Of a stretch of DNA of 64,000 bases, positions 19,212 to 29,056 are shown piece after piece (positions within the stretch are counted from its first letter, which is position 1; each line of letters opens with the position of its first letter). Both the position numbers and the translations under genes were made by a program. The stretch is from an uncultured virus (IMG/VR IMGVR_UViG_3300020156_000368) (taxonomy: Duplodnaviria; Heunggongvirae; Uroviricota; Caudoviricetes). Under the pieces are notes generated by a model. That model saw only the letters and a list, made by a program, of their open reading frames with translations, was not told the origin of the DNA and did no database searches. The DNA lies in the IMG/VR virus record IMGVR_UViG_3300020156_000368; one strand, given 5' to 3'.

Positions 19212-19246
19212 CAAATGGGCTGGAGAATATTGCTCCAGCCCATTTG
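19212..19246 (+). terminator. Hairpin after aspS overlapping a class I promoter motif
   Basis: CAAATGGGCTGGAG...CTCCAGCCCATTTG inverted repeat. Confidence 0.6.
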
Positions 19247-19282
19247 TAATAATAATAGAACGTATACAAAGGTTTAATAAAT

Positions 19283-19549
19283 ATGGAACAGGTTAATAAG
19301 AAAGATAAGGCTTTTATTCGTAAACGCTTTTTATCAACTTTAGCCAAAAGACGCTTGCATGATACAAAGCACCTTTTAGACGAATTTCTTCCACAAATAG
19401 ACGAAAGTATGGATATTATTTTACTTGGAAGTGTCTCTCCTGCGTTAACCAGTGAGTCCAAGGTAAAAATAGAAGCTTGTCAAAAGCTCCTAAAGGAAGC
19501 AATGGACAAGATTCAGTTATTGGAGTTGGTAGTTAAAAGTGAACGATGA
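19283..19549 (+). CDS. Hypothetical protein
   Basis: ORF overlapping the next gene. Confidence 0.6.
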   Translation: MEQVNKKDKAFIRKRFLSTLAKRRLHDTKHLLDEFLPQIDESMDIILLGSVSPALTSESKVKIEACQKLLKEAMDKIQLLELVVKSER

Positions 19550-20636
19550 AATTGTACTTACTAGCAGAATAATTCATGATGAGTATACGGCTGTAGCACA
19601 TGAAATGTTTGATTTGCCGTTAGCTGCTTTAAATCGCACAGTTATTAAAAATAATATTGAACTTCCAGAGACATGGAATATTGGATTAATTCATGGAAGT
19701 TCTGGCAGTGGTAAAACAACTATACTTAAGCAATTTGGAAATCTTAAGAAATCAGCTTGGGATGATAGACCCATTATATCGAATCTCAACAGAGTGGAGC
19801 CAAGAGTGGCTTCTGAAGTTCTATGGGGCGTTGGTCTGTCTAGTGTCCCATCATGGTTGCGACCATATTCAAGACTAAGTGCTGGAGAGCAATTTAGAGC
19901 AGACATAGCTAGAGCTATCATTGACTCCAATGATGAGCTTATTTTGATAGATGAATATACTAGCTTTGTAGATAGAAATGTAGCTAAGTCTCTTAGTCAT
20001 GCACTGCAAAAATATCTGCGCCGAAATAATAGCAAGATTATTTTGGCAACTTGTCATGAAGATATTATTCCATGGCTTAATCCAGATTGGTTATACAATC
20101 CCATTGAGGGTGCAACTAGGCATCCGAGGGGGTGTCTTCAGCGACCACCAGTTAAGCTCGAAATATGCCGTGTCAAATATGAGGCGTGGGAGCGCTTTAA
20201 ACACCATCACTATTTAACTCAGCAGCTTAATAAAGCAGCCAAGTGCTATGGGGTTTATGCAGATAATCAAATGGTAGCATTTACTGCCATCCTGCCGTTT
20301 CCTCACCCTCACCTTAAGAATGCTTGGAGAGAAAGCAGAACAGTAGTTTTGCCTGAATTCCAGGGCTTGGGAATTGGTGTTAGATTGGGAGATTACTTTG
20401 GAAGCTTAATTAAGGCTCAGGGCGGAAGATATTACAGCAAAACTATTCATCCAGCTTTGATAGCATATAGAAATAGCAAGAAAGACTTATGGCGTGGCTT
20501 CTTTAAGAGTTTGAATGATGTCCCTAGTGATAAGTCAAAGATGGGCGAATGGGATAGAACAAAAAGACGCTGTAAGTCTTTTGAATACATTGGACCAGCA
20601 GCGTCATTTGAAGATAGTAAATTGTTCTATAGTTAA
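19539..20636 (+). CDS. ABC-type ATPase fused to a GNAT acetyltransferase
   Basis: GSSGSGKT, LSAGE, LIDE, ATCH; SRTVVLPEFQGLGIG acetyl-CoA motif. Confidence 0.85.
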   Translation: MNDEIVLTSRIIHDEYTAVAHEMFDLPLAALNRTVIKNNIELPETWNIGLIHGSSGSGKTTILKQFGNLKKSAWDDRPIISNLNRVEPRVASEVLWGVGLSSVPSWLRPYSRLSAGEQFRADIARAIIDSNDELILIDEYTSFVDRNVAKSLSHALQKYLRRNNSKIILATCHEDIIPWLNPDWLYNPIEGATRHPRGCLQRPPVKLEICRVKYEAWERFKHHHYLTQQLNKAAKCYGVYADNQMVAFTAILPFPHPHLKNAWRESRTVVLPEFQGLGIGVRLGDYFGSLIKAQGGRYYSKTIHPALIAYRNSKKDLWRGFFKSLNDVPSDKSKMGEWDRTKRRCKSFEYIGPAASFEDSKLFYS

Positions 20637-21322
20637 TTGTAATATTTATTACTGTTCGGGATTTCTCCGATAAATCTATCGGTGGCAAGGTTTCGTGTCT
20701 CGTATTGCATGCGGGACACTTCTCCTAATTCAACTAAAACCCTTGTAATAGCTTCTATGTGCTGAGAATACAGCATCGAAACCTCTCTTAGTAATTGAAC
20801 CAAAGAAACCAACCCCGTAGCAGCCTGAGCTTCTGCTGGACTCATTGAAGCAGATTGTAGGTCTAGGAAGTTTTGGGCAGCAGAAACTTGCTCATAAGCT
20901 TTGTTGACGTTTGGTGTACTCTGCATCAATGAAGTTCTTGCGCGAGAAAGATATCCCTTAACCATCGGATTTGATAGTCTGGATTCTAAGCTATCAATTT
21001 TTTCTAAAGACTTGGCAAGCATTAGATCGGCTCTTATCTTTAGCTTAGCAACGGGCAATTTTTTAAAGTCGGCATCTGTAGCTAAAAACTTTTTAATAAA
21101 ATCATTAGCCAAAGGGGTTCCTAGAAATTTTTCATATTCTTGAGGAGCCATAGATGCTACCATATTCTTAAATGCATTCCAACCAAAGCTAGGATCGTGC
21201 AATTTTTGCTGAATATCGCTATCTTTTTGTCTCTTTTGAACCCAATAAAGAGGATTATTTAAATCTTTAACGGCAATTCTTCGTCCGCAATTTTTACGAA
21301 TGACTTCAGTCCACTTCTTCAT
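20633..21322 (-). CDS. Hypothetical helical protein (class II promoter)
   Basis: GAGGA RBS; MKKW... N-terminus. Confidence 0.7.
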   Translation of the reverse strand: MKKWTEVIRKNCGRRIAVKDLNNPLYWVQKRQKDSDIQQKLHDPSFGWNAFKNMVASMAPQEYEKFLGTPLANDFIKKFLATDADFKKLPVAKLKIRADLMLAKSLEKIDSLESRLSNPMVKGYLSRARTSLMQSTPNVNKAYEQVSAAQNFLDLQSASMSPAEAQAATGLVSLVQLLREVSMLYSQHIEAITRVLVELGEVSRMQYETRNLATDRFIGEIPNSNKYYN

Positions 21323-21354
21323 TAATTCCTCTATTAGCGTTTTCTATTAACTTG

Positions 21355-21873
21355 CTACGCTGACAGTATATATCCTTTAGAGTCCAATATGATTTTGCGC
21401 AAAAAATCGAAATCAATTTCACGGTATCGCGATAGCACATACGGGTTAATCATGCATGCAGATCGTTGGACAGAAATATGATCAAAAATGTTTTGACCAA
21501 ACGAGTCAAGGGAAACTTCAGCAACTGCCGAATTTTTATTGGACTCTGGCGTAAAACCAATAGCCCTAAGGTAGCACAGTACAACGAAGGGGCTTCTAGA
21601 AGCTCCCATGTGGCAATGGACCAACACTCTATGCCCAGCCTTCATTAAAGCTCCAAGCTGCAAGACAGCGGCGTATATGGCAGGAGTACTGATTTCCACT
21701 CCATCTATCAAGCCAACGTGAGTGGTGCAAATCTCATCGTCAAGAAAAGAAAAGCTATTTTTAAGCTCAAAAGCGACATTTAAGACTGCGGTAATACTGT
21801 GTTCTTTTAAAAGATCAATATTTTGAGCTTCGAAAACATTGCCAATGTAAATATTTTCAGTAATTCTGTCCAT
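21355..21873 (-). CDS. Dual-specificity protein phosphatase
   Basis: ITENIYIGN, ITAVLNVA, VLVHCHMGASRS (HCx5R). Confidence 0.9.
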   Translation of the reverse strand: MDRITENIYIGNVFEAQNIDLLKEHSITAVLNVAFELKNSFSFLDDEICTTHVGLIDGVEISTPAIYAAVLQLGALMKAGHRVLVHCHMGASRSPFVVLCYLRAIGFTPESNKNSAVAEVSLDSFGQNIFDHISVQRSACMINPYVLSRYREIDFDFLRKIILDSKGYILSA

Positions 21874-21984
21874 AATTTTTACCTACAGAACATATACGCT
21901 ATTATTCAGCTTTAGAATACAAGCGAAATGATTTTGTATAGCTAAATAAAGGTAAAAAACCGTTTCCCTGAGAAAAGGGAAATT

Positions 21985-22848
21985 ATGGAGATTTTGATGT
22001 TGTTAATCCATAAGATGATGTTAGCGTTATCTTTATTCAGTCAAGAACCATCTTATAACCAGCTTATTGCAGAGCAACCGTTAAAGGATCAGGTAATCGT
22101 AGTTGATCCAGGTCACGGAGGTCAAGATAGAGATTGTGATTGCTACGAAGATAAAGCTTACACTGGTGGAACTTTTGGGGCGTATACAAAACAGTCCGAA
22201 AGCGATGTAAATCTGCGAGTATCATACTATCTCAAGAACTATTTGGAAGCAATGGGAAGCAAAGTTATTTTGACCCGTACAACAAGATGCAGGATAACAA
22301 AATACGATTCTGCCGAAAGCGAACTAGGGTCAAGAGTTGAGATTGCGAACAGAGCTAATGCTGATCTATTTGTTAGCATTCATCATAATGATAGCAATAA
22401 ACCCAACGTTAACTATAGCTGCGTTTTTTATGATGCCCCGTTCGCAGACGAATCTTCCAAGTTGGCAAAACATGTTCTTTACAATATTTCAAGGGATTTG
22501 CGAGTCCCGATGCTTGGTGTAGCTCAGGGGAACTATCGTGTTTTAAAAGGCTTAGAGATGCCAGGATTGCTTGTAGAAGCGTCTTTTATGAGCAACCCTG
22601 AAGAAGATAGGCGTCTTGGTAGTTATTGCTGGAGTCCAGAACGAAATGCGTATTATTATGCCTATAACGACAGAGAAGCTTACGCTATTGCTAAAGGTAT
22701 TGCCATTGATAGCATGAGTGACGAATATAAAATTCTTACAGTTCCGCAAGTCAAGGATATTTCTGAAGCTTTTCGGAAGAATACAAAAAAGCCAGCTAAG
22801 AAGCCAGCTAAAAAAAGTACTTCCAAAAAGAGCAAAAAGAAAAAATGA
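21985..22848 (+). CDS. N-acetylmuramoyl-L-alanine amidase (Amidase_3)
   Basis: VDPGHGG, ESDVNL, FVSIHHN, LVEASFMSN; Lys-rich tail. Confidence 0.9.
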   Translation: MEILMLLIHKMMLALSLFSQEPSYNQLIAEQPLKDQVIVVDPGHGGQDRDCDCYEDKAYTGGTFGAYTKQSESDVNLRVSYYLKNYLEAMGSKVILTRTTRCRITKYDSAESELGSRVEIANRANADLFVSIHHNDSNKPNVNYSCVFYDAPFADESSKLAKHVLYNISRDLRVPMLGVAQGNYRVLKGLEMPGLLVEASFMSNPEEDRRLGSYCWSPERNAYYYAYNDREAYAIAKGIAIDSMSDEYKILTVPQVKDISEAFRKNTKKPAKKPAKKSTSKKSKKKK

Positions 22849-23273
22849 TCAATTTATGCAAGCTATCTGAAGACCAGTCATACATGCTAAAGTTAGCATA
22901 TGATGAATATGAAAAACTAACCAAAATGCATCCTCTTCATGTATGTGATTCGGATGAATATTATGGGAAGAATGAATTTACGTTCTTATTTAGATACAAT
23001 CCACAAATTGTAACCGACTTTAAACGAACATTTTTTGGACTTTGCATCTATGATAAAGCAAAAACCCGCTGGCATGTGCCAGCGGCTTGGTTTACTAAAG
23101 ACCGCGTGAGAAATTTTTGCAATAGGCATCGTATTATTACCACTGGCAGAGCCGAGTATGCACTTAATGATTTACCTAGCGAAATGCCTGAGAATGCAAA
23201 AGAGTATTCAAAGTGGTATATTATGACGCCAAGCGAATGGCGCAATCCATCTAAATCTCCTAAATCAACTTAA
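22845..23273 (+). CDS. Hypothetical protein
   Basis: ATGA overlap with the amidase. Confidence 0.65.
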   Translation: MINLCKLSEDQSYMLKLAYDEYEKLTKMHPLHVCDSDEYYGKNEFTFLFRYNPQIVTDFKRTFFGLCIYDKAKTRWHVPAAWFTKDRVRNFCNRHRIITTGRAEYALNDLPSEMPENAKEYSKWYIMTPSEWRNPSKSPKST

Positions 23274-23750
23274 GGTTTTCCACGCCGCTTGGATTTCTTC
23301 TCTGTGATCAAATGCAAGTTCTTCTCGCCCTTCAATGCAGTCTTTTACACTAGCCCATCTGTATTCTGCTGCATCATCCATTGCCTTAATATCCAGTTCT
23401 TCTGGATTTGGTACATGTAATGCATATCCAAACGAAATGGTTCTGTAGTCTCCATCTTCACGTTCTCTAGGATCGCGACCTGGAGCATCAAAAAAGCCAT
23501 AAAATTGGAGCTTTTCAGCAGAGCAATCGATATTGGTTTCTTCTTTTAATTCTCTGACAGCAGCCTCTATAACCGTTTCTTTTTTATAAAGGTCTACAAA
23601 CCCACCTGGAAGTGCCCAAGCGCCTTTAAAAGGCTCGTCTCCACGTTTGATGAGTAATACTTGCATCTCTATTTTATCATTATAGGTAAAGACAAATAAA
23701 TCTGCCGTTACCGAAGGTCGGGGATAGTAGGGTTCTTTTACTTGCGTCAT
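23265..23750 (-). CDS. Nudix hydrolase (ADP-ribose pyrophosphatase-like)
   Basis: WALPGGFV...AAVRELKEET, RDPR, DDA, LAFDH. Confidence 0.9.
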   Translation of the reverse strand: MTQVKEPYYPRPSVTADLFVFTYNDKIEMQVLLIKRGDEPFKGAWALPGGFVDLYKKETVIEAAVRELKEETNIDCSAEKLQFYGFFDAPGRDPREREDGDYRTISFGYALHVPNPEELDIKAMDDAAEYRWASVKDCIEGREELAFDHREEIQAAWKTLS

Positions 23751-23861
23751 CTTATCTTTCCTTTGCTTTTAAATATTGTCGAAGGTCAGTTTTATTCAGG
23801 ATATATTTTAAAATGTTTGGCGAATAATAAGAACTACTCTTTGTAGGCATACTTAGAGGCG

Positions 23862-25043
23862 ATGATGAGAAACAACCTTAAACAGTTTATAATTGGATGC
23901 GAAGAAGTTACTCCTATTCAGGAGCTTCAACTAAAGTTATCCACTCAAAACAGACTTCGCATAAAATACAGCTTGGATGTTCGGCATAATTCATTGCACC
24001 TTGGACATTTAGCTTGCCTACAAAAGCTTCGTCACCTACAAGAATTAGGGCATACGATTTTTATCGTCTTTGAAGATTATTTTGCCACAATTGCTGATCC
24101 AAAATATCGCAAAGGCACACGCTTTGGTGCAATTGGCAGACAGCAAGCTGCCTCTAACACTGCGGAACTGCAAAAACAAATCGATCTTTTTCTCGACAAA
24201 GCCAAGTATAAAATTTTTTATACTCGCAGCACATTTGATGGGATGGACGTTTCAAGGCTTTTAAATATTCTTGGAAATGTTACGGTTTCTCAGCTTTTGG
24301 AGCGCGATAACTTTTCTAAGCGTTTTAAAAGTCATACACCTATTGCAATGAATGAATTTCTAATTCCTCTGATGAAAGCTTATGACAGCTATAACGTTAA
24401 TGCAGATGTAGAACTTGGTGGCGCTGACCAAAGAGCAACGATGTTGCTTGGTAGAGAAATTCAACGCCACCATGATCATAATCCTCAAGTTGTTATGACA
24501 ATGCCTTTGCTTATTGGTACTGACGGAGCAAAAAAGATGCATAGGTCATTTAATAACCATATTGATATAAAGGATTCTCCAACTAATACGTTAGGGAAAA
24601 TAATGAGTATCCCCGACGATATGATTGAAAACTATATGCGGTATATTCTTGGCTTTAGTAATGATGATATTAATGACGTTACTAAAGAAGTTACGAATAT
24701 GCGCGATATCAAGATGGTTTTGGCTATGGGTATTGTTGCTTCGATCCATAATAAAAATGCAGCATTGATTGCACGTGACGAGTTCGAGGCAGTTTGTAAA
24801 ACTAAAACCTTTCCAGATAATCCTCAAAGAGTAAAGATTAACGGAGCGCGAGTCCATGGTCTTAGTGAGCTTTTGACTGCAATGGGGGTGTGTTATTCAA
24901 ATCGCGCTGCTCGTAAGCTAGTAAAAGAAAATGCGCTCCACTTCTATGAAAAACCAGAAAGAGCGACAGAATCTTTTGTCCCTAAAGGGAATTATAAATT
25001 TAGAGTTGGGAAGAAAAGATATTACGAAGTTGAAGTTTCGTAG
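23862..25043 (+). CDS. tyrS: Tyrosyl-tRNA synthetase-like protein with a degenerate active site
   Basis: LHLGH, TVSQLLERDNF, DVELGGADQ, GTDG.KKMHRS, GKIMSIPD, S4-like tail ending RVGKKRY. Confidence 0.85.
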   Translation: MMRNNLKQFIIGCEEVTPIQELQLKLSTQNRLRIKYSLDVRHNSLHLGHLACLQKLRHLQELGHTIFIVFEDYFATIADPKYRKGTRFGAIGRQQAASNTAELQKQIDLFLDKAKYKIFYTRSTFDGMDVSRLLNILGNVTVSQLLERDNFSKRFKSHTPIAMNEFLIPLMKAYDSYNVNADVELGGADQRATMLLGREIQRHHDHNPQVVMTMPLLIGTDGAKKMHRSFNNHIDIKDSPTNTLGKIMSIPDDMIENYMRYILGFSNDDINDVTKEVTNMRDIKMVLAMGIVASIHNKNAALIARDEFEAVCKTKTFPDNPQRVKINGARVHGLSELLTAMGVCYSNRAARKLVKENALHFYEKPERATESFVPKGNYKFRVGKKRYYEVEVS

Positions 25044-26463
25044 TATCTGATAACTTTTTGATACTCCAGCCACTCGCCATTGTTTGTGCGGGTGCTTTTT
25101 TTAATACTGAATATAATGGAAAGTATTTCGGATTGGAGCGAGCCATACTTTTAATTTCATCAAGAATTTGGCTTCTTATTAATGGTTCCGTAATCATTCC
25201 AAAGAAAGCTACAACTTCATCTTGAGAATATGAGTCAGGCATTAAAAGTTTTTTAAGCAGCGCATTCGCAATGTTCTCAATTCCAATCGTTTGAGAAATT
25301 TCTTTACGTTGAGAATATCCAGCAGATAAATTATTGCTAATATATATCAATTGATTTAAATCAAATCTGTTAAATTCGTGCTTCGCTAATTTCCAAGGAC
25401 ATGTGCGAGCTAAATCTGCGCAAGTCGCGATATAGGTATTAAACATTCTAAATGAATTTCTTACAATGAGAGAAATCATATCCTCAAAATTATCCGAGGG
25501 ATTTGCAGTCTGATCGTAAGCTTGTAAAATTTGATTTACAACTGGAACTACTTCATCAACGTTTCCCCAGTCATACAGCAGTAGATCATGGAGATTTTTA
25601 GGAATGTAAAATACAATATCTTTATCTGCATCCTTTCCGCCGCTATAGGTATCGCTATGAAGAGAGCCGCGCCTTCTATACTGTCCAATCGGCAATACAG
25701 GCTGATGCTTATTAACCCAGTTTTGAATTTGATCAATGAAGCCTTCAGGTGCGTTTCCATAAGTTGAAGATGTTTCTGGCGCAGCCCACAGCTTACCATC
25801 CTGGGTCTCTAAAGCGCGAATCCAAACGCGAGATAGAGCACGATCAAGATTATTAACATCCTGTTTGCGCACCAAATATGCAACAAATCCACCTTCTTTA
25901 ATTTCAGGAAATAATTCTTTCCAACACTGCCCTCTTTCTGCTTCCATGCAGCTAGTCCAATTCTTATTTGTACTCATGTGGAAAACATCATGGGGATTTT
26001 GGCTGAAAACAATTACTAAGTCGCCAGCAAAAACAGATGTTCGTTGGGAGTCGTGCATAAATTGTTTATATAGACCCTCTAGCTTTGCTTCACTAAAATC
26101 AGGGTCTCCCGCTGGCTGTGCTAATATTTTTTTCTTTATTTTTTGGAAAGCAGTAGAGATTCTTTCTTCTCGATTATATTGAGTATTTAAACAGTAGCCT
26201 TTTTCATAATCGGTAATTTCATAACCATATTTACTAAATAGTGCAACAATACTTGCGGGGGCTTCTGTTTTCTTTTCGGTACGATTAAATGGAATAACCA
26301 GACGATCTTTGCCGCCAAACCATTGATTAAACGGTTTAGGATTTTGTGCGTACAGTTGTTCTACTTGTTGTCTATATTTAGCATCGTACTCTTCTGGTGA
26401 TAACGCTGCCCAGCTAAAAAGCAAGCCGATCTTTTGATGTAGTCCAATAGATAGTAGGTTCAT
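25000..26463 (-). CDS. Paralog family A protein (PH..MS..W.SC..GG..AYL..RVWIR domain)
   Basis: SQNPHDVFHMS...WTSCM...GGFVAYL...SRVWIR...HSDTY; start moved to ATG 26463 downstream of the class II motif. Confidence 0.8.
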   Translation of the reverse strand: MNLLSIGLHQKIGLLFSWAALSPEEYDAKYRQQVEQLYAQNPKPFNQWFGGKDRLVIPFNRTEKKTEAPASIVALFSKYGYEITDYEKGYCLNTQYNREERISTAFQKIKKKILAQPAGDPDFSEAKLEGLYKQFMHDSQRTSVFAGDLVIVFSQNPHDVFHMSTNKNWTSCMEAERGQCWKELFPEIKEGGFVAYLVRKQDVNNLDRALSRVWIRALETQDGKLWAAPETSSTYGNAPEGFIDQIQNWVNKHQPVLPIGQYRRRGSLHSDTYSGGKDADKDIVFYIPKNLHDLLLYDWGNVDEVVPVVNQILQAYDQTANPSDNFEDMISLIVRNSFRMFNTYIATCADLARTCPWKLAKHEFNRFDLNQLIYISNNLSAGYSQRKEISQTIGIENIANALLKKLLMPDSYSQDEVVAFFGMITEPLIRSQILDEIKSMARSNPKYFPLYSVLKKAPAQTMASGWSIKKLSDTTKLQLRNIFSSQL

Positions 26464-26558
26464 TGTTTGACTCTGATTAGTTTTTGGTTTGATGTGTATA
26501 AATTTATTGCTATTATCATGCAATAAATCCTTGCTACGCATGTATACAAGATATCAAC

Positions 26559-26948
26559 ATGAAAGGTTGGTATAAGAAATTGCCAAACGAGTCAGAAAAT
26601 CCAGAAGACAAAGACAAACAGCAAGATTTTTTTGGAGAACAACCAGATAATGATTCCAGTTTTGCCAAGATGCTAGAAGAAAAGCTTAAAAAGCAAGCTG
26701 AGAAGGCGGAAGAGTTAACTAGCGATTTATCCATTTCGGATTTTGTAGATCAGCTTCTTGAACAAGTGGAATCGGAAACAGGCGCAGATTCGCCAGAAGT
26801 TGAGCAGCTACGTGCTATGATGCCATTTATCGAAAGAGAAGAAGCGAAACAGGCAGCACGTGACAAGAAATTTAACGAAGCATTAGGTCTGCTGAGAGTT
26901 ATTGCAGATAATACCACCGAGATTGCTAAAGCTCTTAAAAATAACTAA
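26559..26948 (+). CDS. Hypothetical acidic helical protein
   Basis: ORF after CAATAA-N14-TGTA. Confidence 0.65.
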   Translation: MKGWYKKLPNESENPEDKDKQQDFFGEQPDNDSSFAKMLEEKLKKQAEKAEELTSDLSISDFVDQLLEQVESETGADSPEVEQLRAMMPFIEREEAKQAARDKKFNEALGLLRVIADNTTEIAKALKNN

Positions 26949-27331
26949 AACTTTTTAAAATGCTGTTTAAATTCGTCAAACTGATCTAGTTCACGCTCTA
27001 GTGCTCTTAAATCATAGAGAAGTCCTTCGTAGCCAGAAGTGGTAGCTTGCTGGTACATGGGGTGATTTTCCATCTTCTCGAATTCGTTGGAAGAAATTTC
27101 TCTTAATTCATCAACGTCATAGTATCGCATGAGATAGCAGAGAGCGTCATTGTGATTTGTAGCTTTTACAAGAATGCATTGCTCATAGTCTTTACTTTGA
27201 GGCTTATCATCTCTAACTATAGCCAAAAAGCACATAGTCTCATCTAGATTCGTCAGACAGTCTGCCTTTTTTACAAGCAAGTCCTGGTATTGACTAAACT
27301 TCTTTTGTATGAATGTATCTTTCCATGACAT
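26945..27331 (-). CDS. Small protein with an MSWKD N-terminal motif
   Basis: MSWKDTFIQKKFS matches the starts at 45142 and 61613. Confidence 0.7.
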   Translation of the reverse strand: MSWKDTFIQKKFSQYQDLLVKKADCLTNLDETMCFLAIVRDDKPQSKDYEQCILVKATNHNDALCYLMRYYDVDELREISSNEFEKMENHPMYQQATTSGYEGLLYDLRALERELDQFDEFKQHFKKF

Positions 27332-27465
27332 AGTGCTATATTTATACATCTTTAGCTTTCGTTATCCCTGTATGTAATTGATAAATACGCATTTATTGCA
27401 TGTATTTATGAGAATAATCTGTTATGTAGTTAGTATTCAAAGAAAGCATTGCAAAAGGTTTGCAG

Positions 27466-28197
27466 ATGAACAAATTGAAAAAATTACTCGCTAGTGCGAC
27501 TGCTGATGTTATTGAAGAAGCAGAAGGTTTAGCGGATAAGATTAAAGATGCCTTAAAAAAGGCTCAGGCACCTGCGGAGTCAGGTGATAAAAAGAAATAT
27601 CCAGAAGCAAAGCTAATTGATCTTGGATTTAAGTTCCCTCTCGATATGGACATCCCAGTATATTGGCAACCTCTACCTAAGGGTGTATTTGGTTATTATA
27701 TCCCTGAAAAGTACACTCAAAGAGGCGTTGCGGGTCCAGCTATTTTAATCTGCAAAAGCCACTACAAGAAGTTAAAAGAGAATAAATGTGATGCGTCATC
27801 TTTGACCACCATTTTTCACGAGTTAGGACACCATTGGCAAGATACTCAGTATGACGTAATGGGAACAATGAATCTCAATGAGAAAGATTTAGTTAAGCGT
27901 TACATTAATTATACTTCCAAAGAGCGAGTAATTAACCAGCATGCCAAGATGATTGTTCAGCAATTCTTCAGTGATAGATGTTGGGCAAAAGACGTTATCG
28001 CTAAGCTAGATAAGGCAATCAAGAGAAAGCACTTCGAATACAGGTGCAAGGATAAAGTTATCGCAGTTCACAAGACCAACCTTGGATTTCTTGGTAAAGA
28101 GATTGACGTTAACGATGTAAAAAGTGCCGTTGCAGCATCATTTGCGGAAGATTTTGCAAATAAAGAGATGGGCACCGACGACGAAGATTTGGGTTAA
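27466..28197 (+). CDS. HExxH zinc metallopeptidase-like protein
   Basis: FGYY...TTIFHELGHHWQ...E. Confidence 0.65.
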   Translation: MNKLKKLLASATADVIEEAEGLADKIKDALKKAQAPAESGDKKKYPEAKLIDLGFKFPLDMDIPVYWQPLPKGVFGYYIPEKYTQRGVAGPAILICKSHYKKLKENKCDASSLTTIFHELGHHWQDTQYDVMGTMNLNEKDLVKRYINYTSKERVINQHAKMIVQQFFSDRCWAKDVIAKLDKAIKRKHFEYRCKDKVIAVHKTNLGFLGKEIDVNDVKSAVAASFAEDFANKEMGTDDEDLG

Positions 28198-28332
28198 TTA
28201 ATAAGGTAAGTTGTTTATTTTCAGCGATATTTAAAATTTATAACTTATCACAAGAATTGGCACAATATTGGCTTAGGAACGTTAACATAACTAAACTGAT
28301 CACACGATCAGAAAAAGGAAAGGTTAACCACC

Positions 28333-28965
28333 ATGAGCATTCAAGACAATCAGGGTCGTGGGACTCAGAGAAGTGAATCATCTGAGGCTAGCAATCGAAA
28401 TAGTTCACGACTGCTTCAAGAGTTTGATTCTATGCCATTAGGTGCACAGGATTCACTCTTGAAAGAGATGGTTCGTCGCCATGCAGTAAACATGCAGCGC
28501 CAGTCCACAAACTCTATCGTTGAAGTATTCCAAAAGAGTCTTCAAGACACTCTAGGAATAGAGGCAGAGGAAGAGATTGTGTACGGCATGCCTAAGCCTG
28601 CAAGTCATGGAAAGAGACGCGGAAGACCACGTGGCTCAACAAATAAACAAAATTCACAGGGTCGGCAACAAACACGTGCTCGTAAGCATCCAATTCGTAC
28701 ACGCCCAGGCGTTTTTGAAGGCGGAACTACATGGCAGGACGTAATTGAAGGCATCGTACAGCGCCATCCAGAAGGTCTTCATGTGGATGAAATTACAAGT
28801 GAAGTGAAACAAAGCGCAAACTTACCGTCAGGTTCACGTGATGTAAAGGCGGTAATTCGCAACAATTTATCAAAGATGAACAAAGCTCGTCGCGTGAGGA
28901 AGCTTGGTCGCGGACGCTATGCTCCTGTAGGCGCTGGCTCTGCCTCTAACGGCGGAAACCAATAA
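28333..28965 (+). CDS. Putative DNA-binding protein (AT-hook plus winged-helix-like C-terminus)
   Basis: KRRGRPRG; GLHVDEI...IRNNLS...GRGRY. Confidence 0.65.
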   Translation: MSIQDNQGRGTQRSESSEASNRNSSRLLQEFDSMPLGAQDSLLKEMVRRHAVNMQRQSTNSIVEVFQKSLQDTLGIEAEEEIVYGMPKPASHGKRRGRPRGSTNKQNSQGRQQTRARKHPIRTRPGVFEGGTTWQDVIEGIVQRHPEGLHVDEITSEVKQSANLPSGSRDVKAVIRNNLSKMNKARRVRKLGRGRYAPVGAGSASNGGNQ

Positions 28966-28987
28966 ACGAACTTTGTTTATCGGAGAG

Positions 28988-29021
28988 AGGGGCACTACTT
29001 TCGGGTAGCTGCCCCTTTTTT
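28988..29021 (+). terminator. Intrinsic terminator
   Basis: AGGGGCA-CTAC...GTAG-C-TGCCCCT plus T run. Confidence 0.8.
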
Positions 29022-29056
29022 ATGAATAATAACTCCTTTAGATTGTACACAAGATA

